Positions 63,897 to 64,000 of a DNA stretch of 64,000 nucleotides are shown here, piece after piece (position 1 is the first letter of the stretch; each line of letters opens with the position of its first letter). Where the stretch lies: positions 75,392,001 to 75,456,000 of the forward strand of contig NC_043005.1 of the NCBI RefSeq assembly GCF_006345805.1. The letters are read 5' to 3'. Source of the stretch: Octopus sinensis. Its lineage: Eukaryota. The notes beneath the pieces are model-generated. The model had not been told where the DNA came from, ran no database searches, and was given only the letters and a program-made list of their open reading frames with translations. The translations under genes were made by a program, and so were the position numbers.

Positions 63897-64000
63897 ATGT
63901 GTATGTGTGTGTGTATGAGTATGTATGTGTATGTGTATGTGTATGTGTGTGTGTATGAGTATGTATGTATGTATACACACATGTGTATATTATATATATG
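61640..64000. repeat. Extended low-complexity (TA/CA/TACA) microsatellite field
   Basis: Directly visible. It accounts for all the long Y/I/H/T/C/V ORFs in the track. Confidence 0.95.

Noticed and set aside
61646-63982. Long ORFs (up to 266 aa) rich in Y/I/H/T/C/V
   Set aside because: Translations of TA/CA microsatellites, which lack stops in some frames. The same applies to 32765-33750, 24929-25322 and 14516-14954.

Overview
AT-rich eukaryotic genomic DNA packed with (TA)n/(CA)n microsatellites and tRNA-derived SINEs. The repeat families look like those of an octopod cephalopod (inference from recognition, not a database search). There are no prokaryotic genes, CRISPR arrays, rRNA or intact tRNA genes. 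The one gene I can identify with confidence is the first coding exon of an RNF115/RNF126-family E3 ubiquitin ligase (minus strand, 15481-15395), followed by an intron in which I found no exon 2 down to position 1. The rest is transposon debris: a full-length DD36E (Incomer-type) Tc1 element, an internally deleted DD37D maT element, mariner and Merlin-like fragments, RTE/CR1/CRE LINE fragments, Helitrons, piggyBac- and Tc1-type MITEs and at least four SINE-like families. The most notable unannotated signal is a set of minimal type I hammerhead ribozyme motifs in Penelope-like terminal-repeat fragments. Two have intact catalytic cores (26494-26528 and 36672-36732), one pair forms a 300-bp-spaced retrozyme-like tandem, and one pair sits in a 165-bp inverted repeat. 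Several long palindromes are also present, including a 135-bp inverted repeat with no mismatches that I could see. Nearly all ORFs in the supplied track are microsatellite or TE artefacts. The other candidate exons are low confidence.
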